The notes beneath the pieces were generated by a model. That model searched no databases. It worked only from the letters and a program-made list of their open reading frames with translations, and was not told where the DNA came from. This document shows positions 36,015 through 45,592 of a DNA stretch of 64,000 nucleotides, in pieces. Numbering within the stretch: the first letter of the stretch is position 1; each line of letters opens with the position of its first letter. The translations under genes were made by a program, and so were the position numbers. Origin of the DNA: Patescibacteria group bacterium (lineage in GTDB: Bacteria; Patescibacteriota; UBA1384; JACPKC01); the NCBI GenBank assembly GCA_050944875.1, contig JBMNRW010000003.1, positions 32,260 to 96,259 of the forward strand, written 5' to 3'.

Positions 36015-37304
36015 ATGGGATTGAAGTCCTTCCTCCGCGCGCTCGCGCCGCAGCCGCTGATGCGCGCGTACTACTGGTGCATCGCGGTGCTCGTAAACGT
36101 CTTCTTCTGGTTCCCTGGTCGTCAGCTCCGGGTGTTCGCGGTCACCGGGACGAACGGGAAGACGACGACGAGCCTCCTCCTGTACCGCATCTTGACCGCT
36201 GCGCGTCGTCGGACCGGACTCATGACTACCGTCCGGTTCTCCGACGGGAAGCGGTTCTGGCGTAACGACACGAAGATGGGGACGCAGAGCCCACTCCGGC
36301 TCCAGTCGCTGCTCCGACGAATGGTGCGGAACCGGGCGACTGACGCTGTCCTCGAGACGACGAGCATTGGCCTCGACCAGCAGCGTGCCTGGGGCGTGCC
36401 GGTCGACACCGCCGTCCTGACGAACTTCACGCTTGACCACCTCGAGTACCACGGGACCAAGGAGGCGTACCGCCTCGCGAAAGAACGCCTATTCGCACTC
36501 CCGCACCGTGTCTCGGTCGTGAACGGCGAGGATCCATCGCAGCACCACTTCCTGAAGTACCCAGCGGTCCGTAAGCTCAAGTTCGCGATCGACAAGGAGG
36601 CAGACGTCGTCGCTCGTGGTATCCGCGAGCGGATGGACGGGACGCAGTTCCGACTTGAAGTCGGGCAGGAGAGCGTCGAGATCCACCTCCGGCTCATCGG
36701 CCGGTTCAACGTCGAGAACGCGCTCGCCGCTGCTGCAGCTGCGGTCGGGGCGAACATCTCGCTCGACGCCATCAAAGAGGGGCTCGAGTCGCTCGAGGTA
36801 TCGCCCGGTCGGATGGAGCTCGTCGACTGCGGCCAGCCGTTCGGGGTCATGATCGACTACGCGCACACGCCCGACGGTCTGAAGAAGGTGTTTGACGCGG
36901 TCCGGCCGCTCGTCAAAGGCCGCTTGATCGCGGTCGGCGGCGCGACGGGGAACCGGTACCCGGAAAAGCGTCCGATTATGGGCGCGCTCATGGGGCAGTA
37001 CGCGGACGTCGTCATCGTCACGGACGAGGATCCGTACGACGAAGATCCGGCCGCGATCATGGCCGAGGTGGTCCGTGGGGTGAAGAGGGGCGGGGGGCGA
37101 AAGAAGCAGTTCGAGCACGGCGAGAACTTCTTCACGGTTCTCGACCGGGCTGAGGCGATTGAGGCGGCGATCCGGCTCGCGAAGCCGAACGACCTCGTCC
37201 TTATTACCGGGAAGGGAGACGAGGGGGTAATGGTTGTCGCTGGTGGTCGCCACGTCCCGCACTCGGACCGCGCCGTCGTGCAGTCGGCGCTCAAGCGGCG
37301 GTAG
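36015..37304 (+). CDS. Mur ligase family protein, MurE-like central and C-terminal domains with very short hydrophobic N-terminus
   Basis: GTNGKTTT P-loop about 45 aa from the start, DHLEYHGTKEAYRLAKERLF, DYAHTPDGL, GGATGNRYPEKRP. TGgTATACT box ends 6 nt before the ATG. Confidence 0.65.
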   Translation: MGLKSFLRALAPQPLMRAYYWCIAVLVNVFFWFPGRQLRVFAVTGTNGKTTTSLLLYRILTAARRRTGLMTTVRFSDGKRFWRNDTKMGTQSPLRLQSLLRRMVRNRATDAVLETTSIGLDQQRAWGVPVDTAVLTNFTLDHLEYHGTKEAYRLAKERLFALPHRVSVVNGEDPSQHHFLKYPAVRKLKFAIDKEADVVARGIRERMDGTQFRLEVGQESVEIHLRLIGRFNVENALAAAAAAVGANISLDAIKEGLESLEVSPGRMELVDCGQPFGVMIDYAHTPDGLKKVFDAVRPLVKGRLIAVGGATGNRYPEKRPIMGALMGQYADVVIVTDEDPYDEDPAAIMAEVVRGVKRGGGRKKQFEHGENFFTVLDRAEAIEAAIRLAKPNDLVLITGKGDEGVMVVAGGRHVPHSDRAVVQSALKRR

Positions 37305-37308
37305 GGCG

Positions 37309-38739
37309 ATGCGTCAGCTCCTCTCGTACCCGATCAGCCGCATTGTCCTGGCGTTCGTCGCTGGCGTGGCTGCGGTCGCGCTCGTCGCGGTCGCCGGGCT
37401 CGAGGGCACCCTCGTCTTCATCGGTGCCTTCGTCGCGGTACTCCTGGGTGCGCAGATTCTCCGAACGCCGGCGCTCGGCGTGACGTTTATCCTCTTCTTC
37501 CTGCCCTTCGAGCGTCTCCCGAGCATCGACATCGCCGGTATCACTGTCCGGCCGAACTTCTTCTTTGGCGCGGTGACGCTGCTCGCGTTCGCGATTGCCT
37601 GGGTACGATCCCGGCGCCCGCTTGCCCCGAATCCGATCCGTTTGCCGTTCTACAGCTTCCTGGCCATTGCGTTCCTCTCGGCGACGCAGGCGGTCGAGGA
37701 GCGGCGAGCCATCCTCACGTTGGCGTTCATCCTCTTCACCGCGAGCTTCGAGTTTCTCGTCGTGAACGCAATTCAGACGGCGTCAGCGCTCCGGCGGGCG
37801 ATCGTCGTCCTCTGGTGGTCGGCGTTCATCGTCGGCATCTTCGGTATCTACCAATTCCTCGGCGATATCGTCGGTCTGCCGCCGGCGCTGACTGGCCTCC
37901 GCGACCTCTACACGAAGGAGGTGTTCGGCTTCCCGCGAGTCCAGGCGTTCTCGATTGAGCCGCTGTACCTTGGGAACTACCTCCTCTTGCCGCTCTCGCT
38001 CCTCGGGGCGTCGCTCCTCGGCCGGGTGCGCGATTTCTCGCGGCCAGCGCTCTGGTTCTTGTTCGGACTGTTGGGCACGATCTTCATCCTTACGCTCTCC
38101 CGTGGAGCGTACCTCGCGGCCGCAGTCGCGGTCCTCGTCCTCGTCACGACGAAGCCGAAGGCGGCGGCTGCGCCGAGAAACCTCCTCGCGGCGCTCCTCA
38201 TCGGGTGCATTGCGCTCGCGGGTGCGGCGGCGTTCGTGAGTCAGGGAGAGGGTGACCCGATCGGTGAGTTCGTCGAGCACGCCAGTCTCGGCGACCTGAA
38301 CGCAGGCGACTCGACGCAAGGGCGAATTGGCACCTACCGGCTTGCCCTCGACGCCTGGGACGGTGCGCGGTTCTTCGGTATTGGGCCAGGGAACTTCGGC
38401 CCCTTCGCGAAGGGCTACCCCGACCCGGCGACGGTTGCTGACTGGCCGATCGTGAACAACGAGTACCTCGAGCTTCTCGCTGAGACCGGCGCGCTCGGCC
38501 TCGGCGCGATTCTCGTCTTGTACGCAGTCGTCCTCCTGCGTTCACTCAAGGCGTACCAGGCGACAGAGGATGAGCTCGTCCGCGCTGCGCTCCTCGGTGG
38601 CGTCGCGGCGTTCCTCGGGACGCTCGTGCAGTACAACTTCTTCTCCTCGCTCTACATCATCCACATCTGGGTGCTCATCGGGTTTCTCGTCGCGGCGCAG
38701 AACGTTGCATTCGGCCTCGGCAGTGCGGAGGAGCGATGA
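37309..38739 (+). CDS. O-antigen ligase / Wzy-type polymerase family membrane protein
   Basis: Multi-TM with Wzy_C-like LSRGAYLAAAVAVLV loop region. ATG at 37309 just after the MurE-like stop. Confidence 0.65.
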   Translation: MRQLLSYPISRIVLAFVAGVAAVALVAVAGLEGTLVFIGAFVAVLLGAQILRTPALGVTFILFFLPFERLPSIDIAGITVRPNFFFGAVTLLAFAIAWVRSRRPLAPNPIRLPFYSFLAIAFLSATQAVEERRAILTLAFILFTASFEFLVVNAIQTASALRRAIVVLWWSAFIVGIFGIYQFLGDIVGLPPALTGLRDLYTKEVFGFPRVQAFSIEPLYLGNYLLLPLSLLGASLLGRVRDFSRPALWFLFGLLGTIFILTLSRGAYLAAAVAVLVLVTTKPKAAAAPRNLLAALLIGCIALAGAAAFVSQGEGDPIGEFVEHASLGDLNAGDSTQGRIGTYRLALDAWDGARFFGIGPGNFGPFAKGYPDPATVADWPIVNNEYLELLAETGALGLGAILVLYAVVLLRSLKAYQATEDELVRAALLGGVAAFLGTLVQYNFFSSLYIIHIWVLIGFLVAAQNVAFGLGSAEER

Positions 38740-39953
38740 CGACGGTGCTCGCACTGCTCTTCGCAACGCTGCCGCTCTACCTTGTTCGCTTCGATATCGC
38801 TGGCATTCCGACAACGATCTTCGAGCTTGCGCTCTACGGAGCGAGTATTGCCGGGCTCTGGGTGGCTGTTCGGAGTGAAGCCGTGCGTGCGCGTCTCGCC
38901 GCGCGTCGTGCGTGGTTCGTGCCGGCTGCGCTCCTCGTCCTCGGCGCAACGGTGAGCTTGGGCTTTGTCGTCGACCTTCGGACGGCGCTCGGCGTCTGGA
39001 AGGGGTTTATCGTCGACCCGATCCTCCTCTACGCGCTCACCCTGGCCTTCGCCGTCGATGAGCGGTCTCTCCGACAGATCGTCGGCGGGTACCTCCTGGG
39101 CGCACTCGGTGTGGCGCTCTGGGGCATTGCCGAGGCTATTGTTGGTCCAGGGGCGCGGGCGATCGGTCCGTACGCCGTTGACGGCGACGCGTCGCCGAAC
39201 TACCTCGCGTTCGCGCTGGCCCCGGCTGTGCCGCTCGCGCTGTGGCTCGCCCGTGCGCAGCGCTCGTGGTGGCTCGCGCTCCTCGCCGCCCTCCTCGGTC
39301 TTGCTGTCGTCCTCTCGGCGTCGCGGGCTGGTATCGCTGGAATGGCCCTTGGCGTCGTCGTCGGCCTTGTCATCGCAACCCCTGGGCTCTGGCGGCGTAC
39401 GGTGGTCCGGCGCGCCACAGTCCTCGGACTCCTCCTCGCCCTTAGCGTGAGTTGGTTTGTCGTTCGGCCCGACTTCACGCGCTCAGCTGCTGAGGGCGGG
39501 CGGACGGTGACGAGCAACAACGTCCGCTGGCAGCTCTGGGGCGCAACCAGCGAGCTCGTCGCGGCGCACCCGCTCCGCGGCACCGGCCTCGGACAGTTCC
39601 AGGCGGCGTTCACTACCCGGACTGCCGACCGCGTGAACTTCCCCGAGTACATCGCACCGCTCGCGCGCACGCCACACAACCTCTTCGTGACGCTCTGGCT
39701 CGAGACGACGGTGCTCGGCCTCCTCGCTGGCTTTGCCGCACTCGTCATCGCGCTCCGACCGCTCTTTGTCGCACTTCGGGGTCGCGCCGCACCCGTTGCC
39801 GAGACCGCGTTCTTGGCAGCGTGGACGACGCTCCTCGTCCAGGGGCTCCTGGACGCGCCGATCTGGAAGAACGATACGATGGCGCTCTTCTGGCTCCTCG
39901 TTGCTGCGTCGGCACTCCTGGCGGGTGGCGCGAAGACGCAGGTGGTACGGTGA
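38736..39953 (+). CDS. second O-antigen ligase / Wzy-like membrane protein
   Basis: Multi-TM with SASRAGIAGMALGVVVGL region. ATGA overlap with the upstream gene. Confidence 0.6.
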   Translation: MTTVLALLFATLPLYLVRFDIAGIPTTIFELALYGASIAGLWVAVRSEAVRARLAARRAWFVPAALLVLGATVSLGFVVDLRTALGVWKGFIVDPILLYALTLAFAVDERSLRQIVGGYLLGALGVALWGIAEAIVGPGARAIGPYAVDGDASPNYLAFALAPAVPLALWLARAQRSWWLALLAALLGLAVVLSASRAGIAGMALGVVVGLVIATPGLWRRTVVRRATVLGLLLALSVSWFVVRPDFTRSAAEGGRTVTSNNVRWQLWGATSELVAAHPLRGTGLGQFQAAFTTRTADRVNFPEYIAPLARTPHNLFVTLWLETTVLGLLAGFAALVIALRPLFVALRGRAAPVAETAFLAAWTTLLVQGLLDAPIWKNDTMALFWLLVAASALLAGGAKTQVVR

Positions 39954-41404
39954 CGACGACGCGCGCGATCGCCTCGAACACTATCGTCCAGGCGGTCGGC
40001 AAAGCGCTGACCGTCGGCCTCTCGCTCGCGCTTATCGCTATCCTCGGGCGTCTCCTCGGCATCGAGGGCTTAGGCGCGTACACGACGGCGCTCGCGTTCC
40101 TGTCGCTCGTTGCCATCTTCGCGGACTTCGGGTTCTTCACCATCCTCGTGCGCGAGCTCTCGCTCCCGAGCCGAGACCAGGCGCATGCGCTCGGGAACGT
40201 GCTCACCCTTCGCTTCCTCCTTGCGCTCGGGGTGTACGCGGCCGGCTACGGCGCGAGCTTCGCGTTCAACTACCCGCCGCTCGTCCTGCTCGGCATCGCA
40301 ATCCTCCTCTTGGGGCAGTTCGCGCAGACAATGCAGAACACGCTCATCGCCGTCCTACAGGCGCGCCTCCAGATGCGGCTCGCTGTTATCGCGGACGTGG
40401 TGAGCCGAGGACTCCTCGTGGCTCTTGTCGCCTGGATCGCGGCTCGGGGCGGAGGACTCGTCGAGGTCTTCTGGATAACGACGGTCGCCTACGTCGTCGG
40501 GTTGCTCATCACGTTCGTCCTGACGAACCGGCTCATCCCGGTCCGGCTCCGGGTCGACCTCGCGTACTGGCGGTATCTCGTCGTCGAGACGCTTCCGCTC
40601 GGCGTGAGCGCGATCCTCTCGTACCTCTACTTCAAGATCGACACGCTCATGCTCTCGGTCTTGAAGGGCGTCGTCGAAGTGGGGATCTACGGCGTGCCGT
40701 TCCGCATCCTCGAGGTCTTAATTGCCCTGCCTGGGTTCTTCGTGAACTCCGTGTTCCCTGTGCTCACGAACCTCTACGAGCGTGGAGATGAGAAGTGGAA
40801 GGTCGCGTTCCAGCAGAGTTTCGACTTCTTGGCGCTGCTCGCGTTCCCCGTGGTTGTCGGCGGGCTCGTGCTCGCCGAGCCGCTCGTCGGGATCGCCGGC
40901 CCGGAGTTCCTCGACGCATACACGGTGACGGTCGCCGGGGTGCCAGTGACGCCGGTCCGCATTCTCCAGGTGCTCATTGTAGGCGTCGGCTTCTCGTACC
41001 TCTCGTTCGCGTTCAGCGCACTCATCCTCGCAGCGGGCAAGCAGCGTTGGCTCGTCGTGCCGAACATCGGCTACGCGGCCTTCAATATCGGTTTAAACCT
41101 CCTCCTCATCCCACGGTGGAGCTACGCGGCGGCTGCCGGGGTGACCGTTGCGACCGAGTTCCTCATCCTCCTGGTCTCGGTGCTGCTCGCGCGGCGGCTC
41201 CTCACGTTCCCGCTCCGCCTCGCGAGTGCCGGCAAGGCGTTCGCCGTAAGTCTTGTCATGGGGAGTGTCCTCCTCGCCGTGCCCGGGGCTTCGCTCTGGC
41301 TTGAGCTCCCGCTCGGCGTGCTGACGTACGGCGTGGGCGGATGGCTCATTGGCGTACTGGATCCGGACGTGCTCCAGGCGCTCGTCCGACGGAAGGAGTT
41401 GTAG
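39950..41404 (+). CDS. second polysaccharide flippase (Wzx/PST family)
   Basis: GTG start overlapping the upstream stop (GTGA). N-terminal NTIVQAVGKALTVGLSLALIAILGRLLG block parallels the flippase at 33391. Confidence 0.65.
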   Translation: MTTTRAIASNTIVQAVGKALTVGLSLALIAILGRLLGIEGLGAYTTALAFLSLVAIFADFGFFTILVRELSLPSRDQAHALGNVLTLRFLLALGVYAAGYGASFAFNYPPLVLLGIAILLLGQFAQTMQNTLIAVLQARLQMRLAVIADVVSRGLLVALVAWIAARGGGLVEVFWITTVAYVVGLLITFVLTNRLIPVRLRVDLAYWRYLVVETLPLGVSAILSYLYFKIDTLMLSVLKGVVEVGIYGVPFRILEVLIALPGFFVNSVFPVLTNLYERGDEKWKVAFQQSFDFLALLAFPVVVGGLVLAEPLVGIAGPEFLDAYTVTVAGVPVTPVRILQVLIVGVGFSYLSFAFSALILAAGKQRWLVVPNIGYAAFNIGLNLLLIPRWSYAAAAGVTVATEFLILLVSVLLARRLLTFPLRLASAGKAFAVSLVMGSVLLAVPGASLWLELPLGVLTYGVGGWLIGVLDPDVLQALVRRKEL

Positions 41405-41405
41405 T

Positions 41406-42494
41406 ATGCGCATCGCGATTGACGCCCGGGAGCTCGCGAACCCGCATGACGGGAAGAGTCGGTACGTGTACGAGCTCGTCCACGCGCTCTTAGGTATCGA
41501 CCAGGAGAACGAGTACGTGCTCTACGTCTGGGCGAAGCCGAAGGGGACGTACCCGGAGACGGTGACGTTCGTCGAGCTGCCGAAGCTACCGGGACTCCGG
41601 TTCCTCTGGGTGGCGTGGGATCTCTGGCGCCGCCGAGCTGACGTATTCGTCTCGCCGACCGGCTACCACCCGGTCATCTTCTCGCCGGTGCCGAGCGTCC
41701 TCGTCGTCCACGACCTCGCCGTCCTCGTCGAGCCGCGCGCCCGACCGGCGTGGAAGACCCGCCTCATGGAGCAGCTCGGTCTCCCGGTCGGTCTGCGCCG
41801 CGCCCATCACATTATTACGGTGAGCGAGTCGACGAAGCGTGATGTCCTCCGACTCTTCCCGTTTACCCGAGGCCGCGTTACTGCGATCCCGCTCGCGCCG
41901 TTCCCGCTCCCGGAGCACGCGCGGAGCATTGAAGCGGTGCGTGCACGCCACAAGCTCCCAGCGTCGTACGTCCTCTTCGTCGGCACGCTTGAACCGCGGA
42001 AGAACGTCGACGGCCTCATCGTCGCATACCTCGAGCTCCCGGCAGAGCTCCGGGCAAAGTACCCGCTCGTCCTGGGCGGCCGACGCGGCTGGAACACCGA
42101 GGGGATTGTTGCTGCACTCGACCGCGCCGACGAGACGGTTCGCGAGCTCGGCCCGATCGACGGGGCCGACTTGCCAGGACTCTTCGGCGGCGCAACAGTG
42201 TTCGCATACCCGAGTTGGTACGAGGGCTTCGGCTTGCCGGCAATCGAGGCGATGCGCGCTGGCGTACCGGTTGTCACGTCGGCCACGTCATCACTCCCAG
42301 AAGTCGTCGGCGATGCCGCGCTAACCGTGGATCCGGGGGATACGACCGCACTGACGGCCGCACTGCAGACGCTCCTCGAGCGTCCCGCACTCCGCACGCA
42401 ACTCGCAGCAGCGGGCAAGCGCCAGGCCGAGACCTTCTCGTGGCAGCAGACCGCTGAGGTGACGCTCGCCGTGCTCCGGCGCGTCGCACGCTGA
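41406..42494 (+). CDS. glycosyltransferase family 4
   Basis: MRIAIDAREL N-terminus, EGFGLPAIEAMRAGVPVV motif. Confidence 0.8.
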   Translation: MRIAIDARELANPHDGKSRYVYELVHALLGIDQENEYVLYVWAKPKGTYPETVTFVELPKLPGLRFLWVAWDLWRRRADVFVSPTGYHPVIFSPVPSVLVVHDLAVLVEPRARPAWKTRLMEQLGLPVGLRRAHHIITVSESTKRDVLRLFPFTRGRVTAIPLAPFPLPEHARSIEAVRARHKLPASYVLFVGTLEPRKNVDGLIVAYLELPAELRAKYPLVLGGRRGWNTEGIVAALDRADETVRELGPIDGADLPGLFGGATVFAYPSWYEGFGLPAIEAMRAGVPVVTSATSSLPEVVGDAALTVDPGDTTALTAALQTLLERPALRTQLAAAGKRQAETFSWQQTAEVTLAVLRRVAR

Positions 42495-42497
42495 GCG

Positions 42498-42506
42498 TGG
42501 TATACT
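42498..42506 (+). promoter_or_regulatory. extended -10 TGgTATACT, 7 nt before the ATG at 42514 (leaderless-type)
   Basis: Read directly. Confidence 0.45.
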
Positions 42507-42513
42507 GCGGTTC

Positions 42514-43611
42514 ATGCAACGGCTCCTTCTCGGATTCCTCATTCTTCTCGTCGCGTCGGGTGGCGCGTACGCCTGGTCCGTTTGTCGGTCGGATACGCCG
42601 TCCTCGTCGTCGGTCGCTGGCCGAGATTCGGCTGACGACGCGTTCGCCTGGGGGGTGTACACGAACGCCTACGCGCTGAGCGACCACTACGACGACCCCT
42701 TCCGCCCGGAGGGTGTTGCTGAGCAGGTCGCTGTCTTGAAGCAGCTTGGCGTCCGGTACGTGCGGACGAGCTACGAGTGGACGCTGCCGGAAGGCGAGCT
42801 CGATGCGGTGAATGACGCCTGGCTCAATGGCCTCACCGAAGCCGGGTTTAGGCCGCTGCTCGTCCTCGACATCCCACTGAAGACGTACGAGAACGCCTAC
42901 AACCGTGGGTACGCCATCGCGAAGCGGTACCCGGCGATTACGCACTTCCAGCTCCTCAACGAACTGAGCGGTATTGTGAAGCCTGGTCGCTCTGGGCTCG
43001 CTGAGGATGACTACCGCGAAGCGGAGTACCCGCAGCTCCTCGCGGTGGTTCGAGGCTTGAGCGAAGGGATCCACGCCGCCAACCCGAATGCGCAGCGCGT
43101 CGTCAGCGCGAACTGGCTCGGCGTCGGGATTATCGACCGGCTCATCCGTGACGGTGTGGCGTTCGAAATTGTCGGGTGGAACTGGTTCTCCGACATGGGG
43201 GCTGACCCAGCGCACCCGCGGACCGAAGGCGGCGCGGCGATCGACATTCCTGCCCACTTCGTTGCACAGGGGAAGCGGTTCTGGGTCGTCGAAGCGAACC
43301 GGCACGGCGGGAGCGTCGGCGCTCCTGCTGGCGTGGCAGAGCAGGCGACGTACCTCGAGGGCTTCGCGCGGCGGGCGTACGCCAACCCGAACATTTCCGG
43401 GTTCTTCGTCTTCAAGCTGACGAACGGGCAGGATGCGGGCAGTCGGGAGATGGCGTGGGGAATCGTAGACACGAAATCAGTGCCTGACGGCGCCACGCAG
43501 ACCGCTGACGGGCGGACGGTTGGCTTCGGGGAGCTGAAGCCAGCAGGCCGGGCGTACCAGTCGGTCATCGAGCAGACGGCGCGCGGCGGACTCAAGCGAC
43601 CTGCGAAGTAG
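42514..43611 (+). CDS. secreted TIM-barrel glycoside hydrolase-like protein (GH5-like; tentative)
   Basis: Signal peptide MQRLLLGFLILLVASGGAYA. NEL motif (FQLLNELSG) in a beta/alpha-barrel-like pattern. Sits inside the glycan locus. Confidence 0.4.
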   Translation: MQRLLLGFLILLVASGGAYAWSVCRSDTPSSSSVAGRDSADDAFAWGVYTNAYALSDHYDDPFRPEGVAEQVAVLKQLGVRYVRTSYEWTLPEGELDAVNDAWLNGLTEAGFRPLLVLDIPLKTYENAYNRGYAIAKRYPAITHFQLLNELSGIVKPGRSGLAEDDYREAEYPQLLAVVRGLSEGIHAANPNAQRVVSANWLGVGIIDRLIRDGVAFEIVGWNWFSDMGADPAHPRTEGGAAIDIPAHFVAQGKRFWVVEANRHGGSVGAPAGVAEQATYLEGFARRAYANPNISGFFVFKLTNGQDAGSREMAWGIVDTKSVPDGATQTADGRTVGFGELKPAGRAYQSVIEQTARGGLKRPAK

Positions 43612-43614
43612 CGG

Positions 43615-44073
43615 ATGGGTCTCCTGGCGCTCTACCGGCGTTCTTCCGCTGTGGCTCACCGCGTGCTCCCGCACGTCGGTGCCCGCCAGCTCGTGAAGTA
43701 CGCGCTCGTCGGCGTTCTTGGTCTTGGGTTCGACTGGGGCGCGTTCTACGCCCTCCACTCGCTCGTCGACCCGCTCGGACAGCTCGGCCTCCAGCTCGGG
43801 AAAGCCGTGGCGTTCCTCGTCGCGAGCGCGGGGACGTACTGGGTGAACCGAGTCTGGACGTTCCGGTCGTCGCATCCTGGGGTCGCCGCAGAGGGCGTGC
43901 GCTTCCTCGTGGTGAGCTGCGTCGGGCTCGCGCTCAACAACGCTGCCTTCTACCTGGCGAGCGCCCCGACGACCCTCGCTCTCCCACTTCTCTTCTCGCT
44001 CGTCGTCGCGACGAGCGCGTCGGGGAGCTGGAACTTCCTCGCGCACAAGTTCTGGACCTTCCGGGAAGCCTGA
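43615..44073 (+). CDS. GtrA-family membrane protein
   Basis: 152 aa, 4 TM. KYALVGVLGLGFDWGAFYALH and FLAHKFWTFRE blocks typical of GtrA. Confidence 0.65.
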   Translation: MGLLALYRRSSAVAHRVLPHVGARQLVKYALVGVLGLGFDWGAFYALHSLVDPLGQLGLQLGKAVAFLVASAGTYWVNRVWTFRSSHPGVAAEGVRFLVVSCVGLALNNAAFYLASAPTTLALPLLFSLVVATSASGSWNFLAHKFWTFREA

Positions 44074-44110
44074 CATTGTCCCGTCCTGGTTGCTCCCGTA
44101 GAATGACGCC

Positions 44111-45235
44111 ATGAAGCTTCTCTTCGACGCCCGGTTCTGGCGCAAGTCGACCGGTGGGATTGGCCGGTACACCCGCGAGCTCCTGCACGAGCTCCTGAAG
44201 CTCGGGACGGACGACACATTCCACGTACTCTTGACCCCTGCTGATGAGGCGGAATTTGACGTTCGAGACAAACGAGTGACGGCGCACATTGTCCCGATTG
44301 CGCACTACTCGCTCGCCGAGCAGCGGAAGCTCCCTGGCCTTATCCGTACCATCGCGCCCGACCTCACGCACTACCTCAACTTCAACCAGCCGCTCTGGGG
44401 CGGTGGGAAGCGGGTGACAACCATCCACGACCTCACGATCCGGTACTTCCCGACCGGCGCCCAGCAGCGGAGCCTCATTCGCCGGCTCGGTTTCCGCCTC
44501 GCCATGCAGCGGGCGGCGAGCTCCGACGCTGTCGTTGCGATCTCGCGCGCCACGAAGATCGACGTCATCAAAGAGCTCAAGCCCGACCCGGCCAAGGTAC
44601 ACGTCATCTACGAGGGCGCCGACGACCGGTTCACGCCGCGCCCGAAGCTCGAGCTCGATGCGTTCCGGAAACGCGTGGGCCGCGCGAAGCCGTACATCCT
44701 GTTCGTGAACCAGTGGCGGCCGCACAAGGGGCTGCCGGAGCTCGTCGCGGCGTTTGACCTCCTGAAAACGAAGTACCAGCTCCCGCACGAGCTCGTCATT
44801 GCCGGGAAGCCGAACCCGGACTTCCCAGACATTCCCGCTGCGATCGAGGCGAGCGCGCATAGGAGCGAGATCGTGCTCCCGGGCTTTATCACTGACGACG
44901 ACCTGCCGCTCTACTACGCCGCGGCGGAGACGCTCGCGTTCCCGAGCTACTACGAGGGCTTCGGCCTCGGTCTCCTTGAAGCGATGAGCGCCGGGCTGCC
45001 GGTCGTCTGCACGGACACGTCGTCGCTCCCAGAGGTGGCGGGCCGCGCCGGCCACTACGTGAAGGCTGGTGACGTTACCGACTTGGCCCGCGGCTTGAAC
45101 GAGGTACTCACCGATCCGGAGCTCGCCGCCCGACTCTCGAAGGAGAGTCTCGAGCAGGCGAAGCGGTTTTCCTGGGCGAAGATGGCGAAGGAGACGTACG
45201 CGGTCTACCAAAGCGTGCTTGGAGAAAAGAAATAG
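44111..45235 (+). CDS. glycosyltransferase family 4
   Basis: EGFGLGLLEAMSAGLPVV motif. TAGAAT box ends 6 nt before the ATG. Confidence 0.8.
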   Translation: MKLLFDARFWRKSTGGIGRYTRELLHELLKLGTDDTFHVLLTPADEAEFDVRDKRVTAHIVPIAHYSLAEQRKLPGLIRTIAPDLTHYLNFNQPLWGGGKRVTTIHDLTIRYFPTGAQQRSLIRRLGFRLAMQRAASSDAVVAISRATKIDVIKELKPDPAKVHVIYEGADDRFTPRPKLELDAFRKRVGRAKPYILFVNQWRPHKGLPELVAAFDLLKTKYQLPHELVIAGKPNPDFPDIPAAIEASAHRSEIVLPGFITDDDLPLYYAAAETLAFPSYYEGFGLGLLEAMSAGLPVVCTDTSSLPEVAGRAGHYVKAGDVTDLARGLNEVLTDPELAARLSKESLEQAKRFSWAKMAKETYAVYQSVLGEKK

Positions 45236-45278
45236 CCATCAGTGCTACTGACGGCTGAGCTAGGCTTTTCGGACTGCG

Positions 45279-45557
45279 CTAGGAAGCTTCCCGGCCTTGA
45301 GGGAGGCCGAGGATCATTCGGAGCGTACTGTTGTCGATCGTGAGGTCGTGGCCGTGCGTTACCTGCTTTAAGAGGTAGTCGTACGTATCCAGTGCTCGTT
45401 TCACGGTATGGGCGCGACTGCTGCTCTTCGCTTCGGTAGTGATCTTGTCGAGCTGCTCAATTCGGGTCGCAGAAAAGTCGAATTGAACCCGAAATCGACC
45501 AGGCTTAACTTCGTTTTTTGGTTTACGTGCCTGCTTTGCCACGAACGCCACCTCCAA
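45279..45557 (-). CDS. small DNA-binding-like protein, possible ribbon-helix-helix fold
   Basis: 92 aa. Predicted beta strand (RFRVQFDFS) followed by two helices (ATRIEQLDKITTEAK / AHTVKRALDTYDYLLKQ). Lower GC. Faces a perfect inverted repeat. Confidence 0.4.
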   Translation of the reverse strand: MEVAFVAKQARKPKNEVKPGRFRVQFDFSATRIEQLDKITTEAKSSSRAHTVKRALDTYDYLLKQVTHGHDLTIDNSTLRMILGLPQGREAS

Positions 45558-45571
45558 ACGCGTTTGTTAAT

Positions 45572-45592
45572 ACTATTACAGCGAGTAATAGT
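45572..45592. promoter_or_regulatory. perfect inverted repeat ACTATTAC-n5-GTAATAGT (candidate operator)
   Basis: Read directly, in an AT-rich divergent intergenic region between the 45279..45557 and 45683..46147 genes. Confidence 0.4.
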
